DNA from: Armatimonadota bacterium
Lineage (GTDB): Bacteria; Armatimonadota; HRBIN16
DNA: 64,000 nucleotides
Direction: 5' to 3'
NCBI GenBank assembly: GCA_963677485.1
Contig: OY781964.1
Span: 2,720,001 to 2,784,000 of the forward strand
The notes under the pieces are model-generated. The model did not search any database. It had not been told where the DNA came from and saw only the letters and a program-made list of their open reading frames with translations. The translations under genes and the position numbers were made by a program. How positions within the stretch are numbered: position 1 is the first letter of the stretch; the number at the start of each line of letters is the position of its first letter. This document shows positions 28,839 through 38,841 of this stretch, piece after piece.

Positions 28839-29720
28839 ATGAACGACACGGTGACATCAAAGAAAACAACACCATCTCGTGCGATTCGTGCGGAACAGCC
28901 GTTGTTCCGATTTGGCTTGGTCGCCGATATTCAGTATGCGGACAAACCAACCGCCGGCAGACGATCCTACGCAGAATCGCTGGCGAAGCTTGAGGCTTGC
29001 GCGGGAGAAATGAACCGCAGGCGGGTGGCTTTTGTGGTGAACCTCGGCGATATCATCGACGGCAGGGACAACAAGACCATTACGGACCTCGATCGGGCAG
29101 TCCGTTCCTTCCGCAAGTTTGGGGCTCAGGTGCGGCATGTCATCGGCAACCACTGCCTTATTACAGGACGACCTACGCTAATGAACGCCCTCCGGCTTAT
29201 GGCACCTTATTACGAGTTCAGCCGGCCGGGCTGGCGGTTTCTGGTGCTTGACGGCATGGATATCAGCTCACCGTGGCCTTCAGACGCCGTCTCGGCAGCC
29301 GAGGCCTCGGAGCGGCTGGCCGCCAACCCGAAGCTGATCAGCTACGACGGGGCCATAGGGCGAAGGCAGCTCGCCTGGCTGCGCAACCAGCTCCGGGCGG
29401 CTGCATCGGCCAAGCAGCGGGTGGTTGTCTTTTGCCATGAACCTATACTCGAGGCTGCGGCTGCGGCAGACACACTGCTTTGGAATGCCGAGGATCTGTC
29501 GAGCATTCTGGAAGAGTCTGGGGTGGTCGCTGCCTATTTCGCCGGGCATCACCATGCCGGTGGATATGCCGAGAGCCGAGGTATCTACCACGTGACGGTT
29601 CAGGGGCTGGTGGAGTCGCCGAAAGGCGGGACCGCTTACGCGGTCGTGGAGGTTTTCAATGACCGGTTGGAGGTAATCGGGCTTGGCGACGTACCAAGCC
29701 GCACCCTGATGCTTGGGTAG
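28839..29720 (+). CDS. Metallophosphoesterase, ADP-ribose/CDP-alcohol diphosphatase-like
   Basis: ADIQYAD, NLGDIIDG, VIGNHC, FCHEP, AGHHH. Confidence 0.85.
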   Translation: MNDTVTSKKTTPSRAIRAEQPLFRFGLVADIQYADKPTAGRRSYAESLAKLEACAGEMNRRRVAFVVNLGDIIDGRDNKTITDLDRAVRSFRKFGAQVRHVIGNHCLITGRPTLMNALRLMAPYYEFSRPGWRFLVLDGMDISSPWPSDAVSAAEASERLAANPKLISYDGAIGRRQLAWLRNQLRAAASAKQRVVVFCHEPILEAAAAADTLLWNAEDLSSILEESGVVAAYFAGHHHAGGYAESRGIYHVTVQGLVESPKGGTAYAVVEVFNDRLEVIGLGDVPSRTLMLG

Positions 29721-29790
29721 GAAACCTATGTGCCCACGCGCTAAGCACAGTTTATGCTCATAAATCCAGATTGGGATCGTATCGACCATG

Positions 29791-30075
29791 TTCCGCGACA
29801 TAAATGTCTCGGCTATTGATCAACAAGCACCCGCCCGTGCCTACCCGGCAGCCCAGGCTGTAACTGATACGGTCGTAGGGGCGTCCCTTGTGGGCGCCCT
29901 AAAACCAAAACTATCGAATCAACAACGATTAGGGCGCCCACAAGGGACGCCCCTACGACCAGCTATATACAAGCCCGCTAAACCGGGCTGGGGAGCTCCT
30001 TGCCGACAAAGATAACGTTAATGAAGACTGCTTCAGCAGTCTTGGTGTTCAATAGCCGAGACATTTATGTCGCGG
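29791..30075. repeat. MITE-like element, copy 2, with a nested REP-pair insertion
   Basis: Same terminal repeats as 5642 and 48781; extra 146 bp (29829-29974) containing a GTAG REP pair. Confidence 0.85.
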
Positions 30076-30097
30076 CGTCGGCGGCACACGAGCTCAG

Positions 30098-30958
30098 TTA
30101 CCCCTCGCCGTCCTCACTCCACAACCGGACGATGCTGATGAACTCCTCAAGGCTCAATGTCTCGCCTCTGCGTTGCGGGTCGATGCCCACTTCTCGAAGG
30201 CTATCGGCCACAGCATCCTTCGAGATGTCGAGCACACCGGCCAGGCTGTTTCCCAGCGTTTTACGCCGTTGGCCAAAGGCGGCACGCGTGATCTGAAACA
30301 GAAGGTGCTCATCTGTAGTCGATAATATAGGCGGCACAGGATCGAACTGCACTACAGCACTTTGCACTTTTGGCGGTGGATAGAAAACCGAGGCGGGAAC
30401 ATTACGCAATAACCGCACCGTACAATGATAGTGGGCGAAGACACTGACAGAACTGCACCCTTTTTGGCCGGGTTTGGCCAGCAGCCGATCGGCCACCTCT
30501 TTTTGTATCAGCAGCACGGCGCGGCGCCATCCGGTGAGCTCTGTGAATAGAACCTCCAGTATGGGTGCTGTGATATTGTAAGGGATGTTGGCAACCACGC
30601 AGTAGCCATCGGTGCCAAAGCATTGACGGGCTAGATCGGCAGGGTCTGAACGCAGAAAATCACGTTCGACAAGCTGCACGTTTGGGTAGTCAGCTAATAT
30701 CTCCCGCGTGAGGGGCAGTATTTTGTTGTCTATCTCAAAGCTCAACACCTTCGCAGCACGCTGCGACAGCGCAGTGGTCAGGGTGCCGATGCCGGCACCT
30801 ATCTCCAGTGCCCCTTCGCCGGGCAGGAATTCTGCCGCGTTGGCGATGGCCTGCAGGATGTTCTCATCGGCTAGAAAATGCTGGCCATGGCGCTTATCGG
30901 TGTGCATACCATGCGCGGCTAACAGCTCTCGAATGACGGAAGGTGTAGTTAGTCTCAT
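30098..30958 (-). CDS. rsmA: 16S rRNA adenine dimethyltransferase
   Basis: GQHFL, LEIGAGIGTLT, VVANIPYNIT, IQKEVA, FYPPPKVQS, AFGQRRKTL. Confidence 0.97.
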   Translation of the reverse strand: MRLTTPSVIRELLAAHGMHTDKRHGQHFLADENILQAIANAAEFLPGEGALEIGAGIGTLTTALSQRAAKVLSFEIDNKILPLTREILADYPNVQLVERDFLRSDPADLARQCFGTDGYCVVANIPYNITAPILEVLFTELTGWRRAVLLIQKEVADRLLAKPGQKGCSSVSVFAHYHCTVRLLRNVPASVFYPPPKVQSAVVQFDPVPPILSTTDEHLLFQITRAAFGQRRKTLGNSLAGVLDISKDAVADSLREVGIDPQRRGETLSLEEFISIVRLWSEDGEG

Positions 30959-31018
30959 CCATTCTTTGTACCCGATTTATGCCGAAGCTGTCCATACTAA
31001 GGTATCCTCAAGATAGAA

Positions 31019-32449
31019 ATGAAAGAAATGGGGTCACTGCGTTTGAAGCGCATCATAATTCTCCTGGCCGCAGCGTGTGCGATTTTCAACACACCACTCT
31101 TTGCCAGTCCGAAGGCTGTCAAAGAGGCCTACTCGTCAGCCTCCAGAGCTATGGTCACCTTGATGGTCGATACGACAGTATCCGGTGCTGGTCAGAAAGA
31201 CTCGGTGAAGCACCTTGAGAGCTGGGCCGTCGTGGTGAACCCAGGAAACTATGTGGTCGCACCGCTGCTTGATGCTGACCCCGTGTTTGCTTTAAGCCTG
31301 GTACGTACAGCCATGAGTGCTGCGGGCCAGAAGCCCACTGAGGTCTCACTCACACCTGCCAAACTGAAAATCCGGTTGGACGATGGTAAAGAGATTGACG
31401 CCGAGATTGTCAAGCGCGATGAAGCCGAAGGCCTGGCGTTGCTCCGCCTCACTAACCCGCCCGACAACCTTCAGGCGATGACCATTGGTAAAGTGCGTGA
31501 AGCCAGAATGGGTGATGAGATTGTGGTGTTACAGCCCATGGGCAGCGGCTACGGTACCGACGTGGCGGTGACCCCATTGACCATCAATATGGCCATTCAC
31601 AAACCAAACTATTACACAGTGTTGTTTAACCAGTTGCATACCGGATGCCCGGTCTTCAGCCGCGACGACGGTTCACTGCTGGGTGTGGTGGTACCCCTGG
31701 TCTCTACCAACCTGAACTCCTCGATGGTCACATCTGGATTGCTGACCGTCGCCTCCGGGGTATCCCTCAAGAAGCTGGCTGGCCTGCCGGCCGATCCGGT
31801 TGAGTCATCGGCAAATGTCAGGGAAAAGATGGCGGAAAAGATCAACCCTGCGTTGGTTAGCCTGTCATGGATATTGAAACAAACCGGGCCGAACGGCCAG
31901 CCTGAGGAGAGCAAGCGTGTAGGGCAGGCTGTCCTCTTGAGCCCTGATGGTCTGATGGTGTGTGATGGTGCCGCGATGGGTGTGTTTGCCGATCAGGCTA
32001 AAGTTCAGATCGTCGACCTTAAGGCGGTGCTCAGCGACGGCACTTCAATGCCTGTCAGCATCGCCCGCAAGGACAGCGACTGGCGTTTAGCATGGTTGAA
32101 GCCAACCTCAGCCCCTGCAAACCCGCTGCCTTTCATGCGAGAACCTGCAGCCGGGCCACTAAAGCTTAGTGAGGATCTGTGGTCTGTTTTCCGTGCTCCT
32201 GAAGGGATGCAGTATGCAGTTGGTGTGCAAAAGATGTGTTACATTGGCTCGATCGACAACCCAGTTCGGATGCCCCTTGGCATGGGCGATGGTGAGCTCA
32301 ACAGTCCTGTGTTTACCTCTGACGGCAAATGGGTAGGATTGGTGGTGAATCCGCCAGGTGAGAGCGAGTTTGGCATAGACGAGATCACCATTCTGCCGGT
32401 AAAGAACCTGATGAAAGCCAGTGGATTACCGTATGTGGAGGCCAGATAA
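31019..32449 (+). CDS. Secreted protein with two trypsin-like domains lacking the catalytic triad
   Basis: HtrA-like scaffold (IRLDDGKEIDAEIVKRD...LALLRL; GCPVF..DG.LLGV) present twice, without TNxH or GxSGG. Confidence 0.65.
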   Translation: MKEMGSLRLKRIIILLAAACAIFNTPLFASPKAVKEAYSSASRAMVTLMVDTTVSGAGQKDSVKHLESWAVVVNPGNYVVAPLLDADPVFALSLVRTAMSAAGQKPTEVSLTPAKLKIRLDDGKEIDAEIVKRDEAEGLALLRLTNPPDNLQAMTIGKVREARMGDEIVVLQPMGSGYGTDVAVTPLTINMAIHKPNYYTVLFNQLHTGCPVFSRDDGSLLGVVVPLVSTNLNSSMVTSGLLTVASGVSLKKLAGLPADPVESSANVREKMAEKINPALVSLSWILKQTGPNGQPEESKRVGQAVLLSPDGLMVCDGAAMGVFADQAKVQIVDLKAVLSDGTSMPVSIARKDSDWRLAWLKPTSAPANPLPFMREPAAGPLKLSEDLWSVFRAPEGMQYAVGVQKMCYIGSIDNPVRMPLGMGDGELNSPVFTSDGKWVGLVVNPPGESEFGIDEITILPVKNLMKASGLPYVEAR

Positions 32450-32450
32450 C

Positions 32451-33242
32451 ATGAAACCCATACTAGCTATTGTCATCGGCGTGATGGCGTTAAGTGGAGC
32501 GGGGATGGCCCAGAAGCTTACTGTGCCGGAGCAAGCCCGCGACCAATTTTCACCGGTGCTGTTACGAATGGAAGCCAACACACAGGTTGGGCCGGATGCT
32601 GAGCCTACCGATTCGGGACAAAACACCGCCACTGCTGTGGTGATGAGCAGTGACGGGCTGCTGATAACCACACTGAGTGCCGTAGACCCTCTGTCTATGC
32701 TGGGTGACAAGGCCACAGGCGATCAGTTTAGGCTGAAAGTGAGCGGACTGAAAGTGGTTCTGCCAGACGCCACAGAGATGCCGGCGCAAGTGGTGCTGCG
32801 TGATAAACAGACAGGTTTTGCTGTCATCAAATTGAACGACAAGCCGAAGCAACCGCTAGCCGCCTTGCCGTTAGCGAATGTCAAACCGCTTGAGGTGGGT
32901 GATGATATCTACCTGGTCGACAGATTAGGCCCAGATATGGAGAATATCTGCGTGGTGAGCTCCCAGATGGTTATGGCCAGGCTGAGTTATCCCATCAACA
33001 AAGCGGTGGTCACAGGTGGTAATGTGGTGGGAGCCATAGCCATAAATCAAGCTGGCGAGGTCTGCGGACTGGTGTCGATGTACCGTCCTGATGCCAAACG
33101 AACCTACGCGGTCTACACAGTGATCGGCCCCGATGAGTTGAAGGCACTGCTTGAGAAGGCTCGACGTGCCGGTCCTGATGTGGCCAACAGCAACGATGCT
33201 GCGCAACCGACTGTCAGCCAATTACCCGCAAAGACTGATTAA
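32451..33242 (+). CDS. Secreted trypsin-like pseudo-protease
   Basis: Signal peptide; AVVMSSDGLLIT, VVLPDATEMPAQVVLRD; no GxSGG. Confidence 0.6.
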   Translation: MKPILAIVIGVMALSGAGMAQKLTVPEQARDQFSPVLLRMEANTQVGPDAEPTDSGQNTATAVVMSSDGLLITTLSAVDPLSMLGDKATGDQFRLKVSGLKVVLPDATEMPAQVVLRDKQTGFAVIKLNDKPKQPLAALPLANVKPLEVGDDIYLVDRLGPDMENICVVSSQMVMARLSYPINKAVVTGGNVVGAIAINQAGEVCGLVSMYRPDAKRTYAVYTVIGPDELKALLEKARRAGPDVANSNDAAQPTVSQLPAKTD

Positions 33243-33476
33243 GGTTCAGTGGGCGGGTGAATGCGATACCCGCCAGAGCCCATCATCTTGTTGTGAGCCA
33301 TGGGCCCATATTCATCGCCATTTGGCATATCCTGAGAGCCGGCTTCTAGCCGGCTTTTCGGTTAATAAGCCGTGTCCTTTAGGGCGCGGGGACGAAGTCA
33401 CGTTTGGCGGCCAATTGCAGACTGGGCTGCCGTGCCGGCCCGGGCGGTTGCTTGTTCCTGACACAAATCTTTCATG

Positions 33477-33566
33477 GCTATCCGCCAGACCGGCGCGGTC
33501 TTGAGCCTTCTGCAGCCATTAGCCTACGGTCAGACCGCCCCGGACATAGGCAACGCTTGACTGCAA
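33477..33566 (+). repeat. About 90-bp interspersed repeat, copy of 6077-6166
   Basis: GCTATCCGCCAGACCGGCGCGGTCTTGAGCCTTCTGCA...CAGACCGCCCCGGACATAGGCAACG. Confidence 0.8.
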
Positions 33567-33575
33567 GCACCATAA

Positions 33576-33607
33576 TCAAAAAGGGCGGGCAAATGCCCGC
33601 CCTTTGA
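33576..33607. terminator. Bidirectional terminator
   Basis: AAAGGGCGGGCA-AA-TGCCCGCCCTTT between convergent genes. Confidence 0.8.
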
Positions 33608-33622
33608 GTTAGGTGACTGAGG

Positions 33623-35446
33623 CTAATGCAGAGACTCGTGTGTGCGAACTAAGGCTTCAAACCGAAGGTCGGTGCCCAGCACGCCCAGCACGTTCTCGTC
33701 ATCATCGGTGATCGTGCATGACAAGGTCACGCACAATACGCCGGTGATGCGGGATTTATAGAACTCCGTAATGTACACCTGACCTGGACCCGCATCCAAC
33801 GCGCCTACAAACCAGTCGCGGTCAGCGAAGTCATGATCAAGGCCATATGTTCCAAAGGTTTCTCGGAACTGTGGCTGGGTGACATTGTTGGTAATCTTCT
33901 TGCCCTTCGTATCCACCACATATGCGAACTGGATGAACGCATGTTTATGTACCGCATCTTCTAGAACTTTTTCGATCCTGCTATTGTCCATGCTGATGAT
34001 TTCTGGGTTCTGAACCAGCTCCGCAACGATCTTTTCCACCAGGTTAAGTGCATGATCACGCAGCTTATCGAAGTCGCTCTTGAAGTATTCGGGCAGATGC
34101 ATCCGCGACTGCATCAGCATCTCGTTATCCGATATGGAGGTGACGCGGCCTTGCGCATACTGCTGTCTGATCCACTCCAGCATTCCTGCTAGTCCTGCGT
34201 GCCGCTTATCCAAGGCTACCTCTGGACGAAGCCCCAGGTAGTTGTTGACCCAATGGGCCACTCCGGCCACGCCGGATTTATCGGTGATGTTGACTCGGGC
34301 CGGACGGTCCAGGATCTTGTCGGTATCGAAGATGTTATATATCTCCGCATCTTTCAACATGCCGTCTGCATGAATTCCAGCACTGGTGGCATTGAAGTGT
34401 GAGCCCACGAAGGGATAAGAGGGTGATATATCGACGCCCATCTCTTTTTGGAAGTAGTCAGCGATCTCCGTGATGATGCGCGTATCCACGCCGTTGGTGT
34501 CGCCCTTCAGGGAGATGTAGTCCATGATGGCTCCCTCAAGCGGCGGGTTGCCGGTGCGCTCACCAAAGCCTAGAAGCGCGCAGTTGGCGTTAGAGCACCC
34601 ATACAGCCAGGCGGTGGTGGAGTTGACCAGCACCTTATGGAAGTCGTTATGTCCGTGCCACTCAAGCCACTCACTAGGAACCCCGCATTCGTGGATCATC
34701 GTGTGGATCATCTTGGGCACGCTGCGCGGTAGGGTGGCCTCCGTGTAGGGCACGCCAAATCCCATGGTGTCGCACAACCGGATTTTGACCGCCTTTTTAC
34801 TTTCGCGAGCGACTTCCATCAGCCTTTGTACGAAGGGGATGATGAAGCCGTCGAAGTCCGCGCGGGTGACGTCCTCGAGGTGGCATCGCACCGCGTCAAG
34901 ACCAGACTCCAGGGCCGTGGTGACCAGGTCGACATACATCTCCAGTGCCTGAGAACGCGATTTATTCATTTTGCGGAAGATGTGGTAGTCCGATGCGGAG
35001 GTCAGAATGCCGGTTTCGCGCAGGCCCATCTCCTTCACCAGTTTGAAATCCGCTTTAGTGGCGCGGATCCATCCGGTGACCTCAGGGAACTTGTGGCCCA
35101 GCTCCAGGCATTTATATACGGCCTCTTTATCCTTGTCGCTATACAGGAAGAACTCCGTGGCGCGGATGACACCGTTGGGCCCGCCCAACTGGTTCAGCAG
35201 ATCATACAGGCGCACGATATGCTCAACTTTATATGGCGGCCTGGACTGCTGTCCGTCGCGGAACGTCGTGTCCGTGATATACATTTCTCGTGCGGGTTCC
35301 ATGGGCACAGAGTGACCGTCGAAGACAAGACGCGGCACCTCTGAGTATGGGAACTGCTCCCGCAGCATGTTCGGTTCCGGTACATCAACGACTTCTCGTT
35401 TGGAGGTGGTGTGTAGTAAACCCCATCGCGGGTTTTTTGATATCAT
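33623..35446 (-). CDS. DRE-TIM metallolyase, Re-citrate synthase-like, with a C-terminal Cache-like domain
   Basis: ITDTTFRDGQQSRPPY, EFFLYS, EVTGWIRA, CHLEDVTRAD, EWHGHNDF, GERTGN, TSAGIHADG; C-terminal DFADRDWF...YKSRITG.LC.TLS. Confidence 0.8.
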   Translation of the reverse strand: MISKNPRWGLLHTTSKREVVDVPEPNMLREQFPYSEVPRLVFDGHSVPMEPAREMYITDTTFRDGQQSRPPYKVEHIVRLYDLLNQLGGPNGVIRATEFFLYSDKDKEAVYKCLELGHKFPEVTGWIRATKADFKLVKEMGLRETGILTSASDYHIFRKMNKSRSQALEMYVDLVTTALESGLDAVRCHLEDVTRADFDGFIIPFVQRLMEVARESKKAVKIRLCDTMGFGVPYTEATLPRSVPKMIHTMIHECGVPSEWLEWHGHNDFHKVLVNSTTAWLYGCSNANCALLGFGERTGNPPLEGAIMDYISLKGDTNGVDTRIITEIADYFQKEMGVDISPSYPFVGSHFNATSAGIHADGMLKDAEIYNIFDTDKILDRPARVNITDKSGVAGVAHWVNNYLGLRPEVALDKRHAGLAGMLEWIRQQYAQGRVTSISDNEMLMQSRMHLPEYFKSDFDKLRDHALNLVEKIVAELVQNPEIISMDNSRIEKVLEDAVHKHAFIQFAYVVDTKGKKITNNVTQPQFRETFGTYGLDHDFADRDWFVGALDAGPGQVYITEFYKSRITGVLCVTLSCTITDDDENVLGVLGTDLRFEALVRTHESLH

Positions 35447-35736
35447 AGTCTATATCTCCTGTCGCTCAAGTATTAATGTGTACCAAATATAGTGTACCCT
35501 CAGCAAAAAGATTGTGCCAAATTTCACAATGTCTATTAACATGATTAGTGGACTCGAATGGCTTGGTTGATGAAAGTGAAGAACCCAAGATTAGTGAGTC
35601 GGAGTAAAATGCCGTAGCAAACTGGTTATGGACCATGATGTGTCTCATGGACATCCTACACATTCTGCGACTATACAATCTTACGACACTCTACTAAATA
35701 TAAGTAACTGATGGTGATCAGGATCGCATCATCCGC

Positions 35737-35946
35737 TCACATCCTGGTCGTCGGATACCGGTCCTTGATATTAGCGAAGAAGTACATGCCATGAGAAGCG
35801 GCACTCATCAGAGCATCGTACTCCGATGCGGGGACACCACTGTATTGGTATACAATGCCACGCATGAACTCTATCTCAAGAATTACTGTGTCTGGGTCGT
35901 ATCCGATCGATACTAAATTACTAGATGATACTTGAATGCGTTCCAT
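35737..35946 (-). CDS. KTSC domain protein
   Basis: MERIQVSSSNLVSIGYDP...LEIEF..GIVYQYSGVP..EY..LMSA.SHG.YF..NIKD.Y; ATG 5 nt after the herA stop, with the AAGGAG SD inside herA. Confidence 0.92.
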   Translation of the reverse strand: MERIQVSSSNLVSIGYDPDTVILEIEFMRGIVYQYSGVPASEYDALMSAASHGMYFFANIKDRYPTTRM

Positions 35947-37555
35947 TCTTATTACTCCTTTTCTTGCTCGCTGTTCGATTCCGAAGGCGCTGCATTTACC
36001 CCGGCACTTGGATTCTGATACCGCCAAGCCTCAACAAGAGGCTTGTAGTCTTCGGCTTTGGGTGGCTCTGTCCAACCACCTTCCCGTATGCGCTTTCCGT
36101 CCTCCCCTTTAGGGACAACGACCAACGGGTCGTCGCTATCAGGGCGACAGCCAACTGGCGGTCGATCAATCACTGTTCGGATCGGCATGTTGACGGCTTC
36201 CCCAACGATCAGAGCCTCGCCTGTGCGCAGTATGGGAAGCATCGAAAACAGACCTTTTAAATTGTCAGCAACACATCTGGTAACCTGACCTTGATCTTGT
36301 TCATTGGTCAGTCGCATTGCGACAATAGTTCCACATTGAGAGAGAATCGTTTGGTCGATTTCCGAAGGGCGTTGACTCACCAGCATAAGGCCAACGCCGT
36401 ACTTACGTCCCTCTTTGGCGATACGGCGCGTTGCTGCTGCGGCGCGACCTTTGGATTGTGCGCCTAAATAGTTATGTGCTTCCTCCAATACCAGCAATAA
36501 CGGTCGTTGGCGACCTCCTTCTGGCTTTAATCTTCCCCAGAACATAGCGTCATACAGAATTCGCAGCATTGCTCCCACAATGTCATCGATAATGGCTGAG
36601 GGAACACCAGATAAATCGAACACGGAAATCGGGGTATCCGAGCCAACCCAGTCAGAGAGCAGTTTGTCCAAATCGAGCTCTGTCTTGCCATCCGGCGAAA
36701 CCGCCCACTTACCAGGACGGAATAGGAACTGCATCCTAGGATCGCGAAGCTTCATCTCTAGCATGTCGATGTGGTTGTGAGGTTGATTCGAGTACTGACT
36801 GAGGTATATTTTCGGGGTGCTCGATTTATCCTCTGGCATGAACTTTGGACGCACAAGTCCGTTGACATCTCCTTTAGCTTCAATGGGTGGTGTGCCATCC
36901 TTTGCCCATGCTCTTGTAGCTTCTGTCGGGTTCTGATTAGAGCTGACCGTATGGGTAGCGAAGTGTAAACAATACAAATCATACCAAAGCTTGTGCACTG
37001 AAAATGGTAGCGGTGTGTCTACTGTGATGTCGGTATCAGGCATGATATCAACAATTCCGCCAGAGGCCGAAGCTCTTCGTGCTGTCAGCACATGTTCTTG
37101 GACAAGTGCGAACGGGGTTCCGGTGATATTTCCCATCGAAAAAGAAAGGAACTCGTCGAATGCCAGTGCCCAGTAGGGAATGTACAGTTCGCTTTCGTTA
37201 GCGTCAGTATCTGCTCCAATTCTAAATACCCTCGCCCTTGTCCCGAATGCCTTTGCGTATTCACCATGAAGATCGAGCAGGACAACGCGGGCTGACCCAA
37301 ATCTGCTTGCATCAGAAACCGCTCCCAACAAACTCGCTACTGCCGTAGACTTCCCGGCTCCTGTACTACCAACAACAGCAGAGTGGCGGCTCACAAGACG
37401 GTTCATGTCGAGATAGGCTTTGATGGATTCGGCGCTGGAGACCTTACCTATGTGAGCGGCACCCGAATTTTTACAGACAGAATATTAAGGTAAACTGAGT
37501 TCATGAGGACACATCATTTGAATGATCCGGATCCGATGTCTGTTCCGACGTCCGG

Positions 37556-37930
37556 GTGGAAAGAGCCCCGGAAGGAGCGCGGAGCGCGACTGAAGGGGCG
37601 AGTTCCACCCCGGACGTAAATTTTTTACCGGAGAGCCGACGGTGGTCCTGCCGACGCAAACTTGAGGTGGTTCAACGCTTGATTGGCGGCGAATCCTTGG
37701 AGATCGTATCAAGGCAAATAGGTGTACCGATATATCAGATTGAGGAGTGGCGTGATAGAGCCCTGGCTGGCATGGAATCCGCTCTGAAGATACGTGTTCA
37801 AGATCCCTTAGAGCATCAGCTCAAAGAGGCCCAGCGACGTATCGGTGAGCAATCTATGGAGATTGAACTCCTATACGAGCGATGTCACCGGAGAGAAGCC
37901 CCTTTTACGCGGGGGAAATTACGGAAATGA
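37556..37930 (+). CDS. IS OrfA (HTH); start uncertain
   Basis: RRWSCRRKLEVVQRLIGGESLEIVSRQIGV..YQIEEWRD. Confidence 0.8.
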   Translation: MERAPEGARSATEGASSTPDVNFLPESRRWSCRRKLEVVQRLIGGESLEIVSRQIGVPIYQIEEWRDRALAGMESALKIRVQDPLEHQLKEAQRRIGEQSMEIELLYERCHRREAPFTRGKLRK

Positions 37931-38841
37931 GCACTGCCATTTCCCCCGCCACATGCGCTCACTATGGTGTAGAAAGGGTATGCCGAGTTTGGGAACAACC
38001 TCGCTCTACCTACTATATGCAAATCACAGAGGCTGTTCATCCTGCTTTAAGCACACCCAGGCTAAAGCGTGGACCCAAGACCTCCGTTTCCGATGATGAA
38101 CTATTGGAAGCGATCAAGCTTGTAATCAATGGCTCTCCATTTCAAGGTGAAGGCTATAAGAAAATCCACGCGTCACTGCACTTTGGAGCACAGAAGTTGC
38201 GAGTGGGCAGGAACTGTGTGCTTCGGCTAATGCGTAACAATGAGCTTCTATCGCCTTATCGCAGACCTAAGGCAGATACTAATCAACACAATGGAACGAT
38301 CATTACTGATGCTCCCAATATCATGTGGGGTACTGACGGCACACAGGTGCGGACGGTTGATGATGGAAATATCTGGATATTCAGTGCGGTAGAACACTGG
38401 AACGGTGAGTGCGTAGGCATATATGTCTGCAAACTCGGTACCCGGTTCAACGCCGTTCAACCTGTGCTTGAAGGGGTTCAGGCTATATATGGCAGCGTAG
38501 AGCGTGCTGTCGCCAACGGGCTTACTCTGAGACTCGACAACGGATCCGCAAATTGCTCCGATCACTTCCAGTATGAAATCAAGCGGCTGGGGATCACACC
38601 CAGCTTCAGCTATGTGCAACAGCCCCAGACAAATGGTGTGGTTGAGCGATTCAACCGGACACTAAAGGAACAGGTCATTTACGCACATGTATTTCAGAAT
38701 GTCGACGAAGTGAGGGAAGCAGTGCTACAATTCAAACAGGAGTACAATCGTTCGTGGCGATTGGAGAAGATGGGATTCAAAACGCCGCTTGAAACCCGCC
38801 AGTGCTTTGTAGAAGAGCACTCCATTACAACTGCGGCTTAA
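37927..38841 (+). CDS. IS OrfB, rve/DDE integrase core
   Basis: WGTDGT, LRLDNGS, PQTNGVVERFNRTLKEQ; -1 frame relative to OrfA with a CCCCTTTT slippery candidate near 37879. Confidence 0.9.
   Translation: MSTAISPATCAHYGVERVCRVWEQPRSTYYMQITEAVHPALSTPRLKRGPKTSVSDDELLEAIKLVINGSPFQGEGYKKIHASLHFGAQKLRVGRNCVLRLMRNNELLSPYRRPKADTNQHNGTIITDAPNIMWGTDGTQVRTVDDGNIWIFSAVEHWNGECVGIYVCKLGTRFNAVQPVLEGVQAIYGSVERAVANGLTLRLDNGSANCSDHFQYEIKRLGITPSFSYVQQPQTNGVVERFNRTLKEQVIYAHVFQNVDEVREAVLQFKQEYNRSWRLEKMGFKTPLETRQCFVEEHSITTAA

Noticed and set aside
35466-35678. 70-aa ORF downstream of KTSC as a fourth system gene
   Set aside because: No SD, no recognisable motif, and it overlaps the expected promoter region of the citrate-synthase-like gene.
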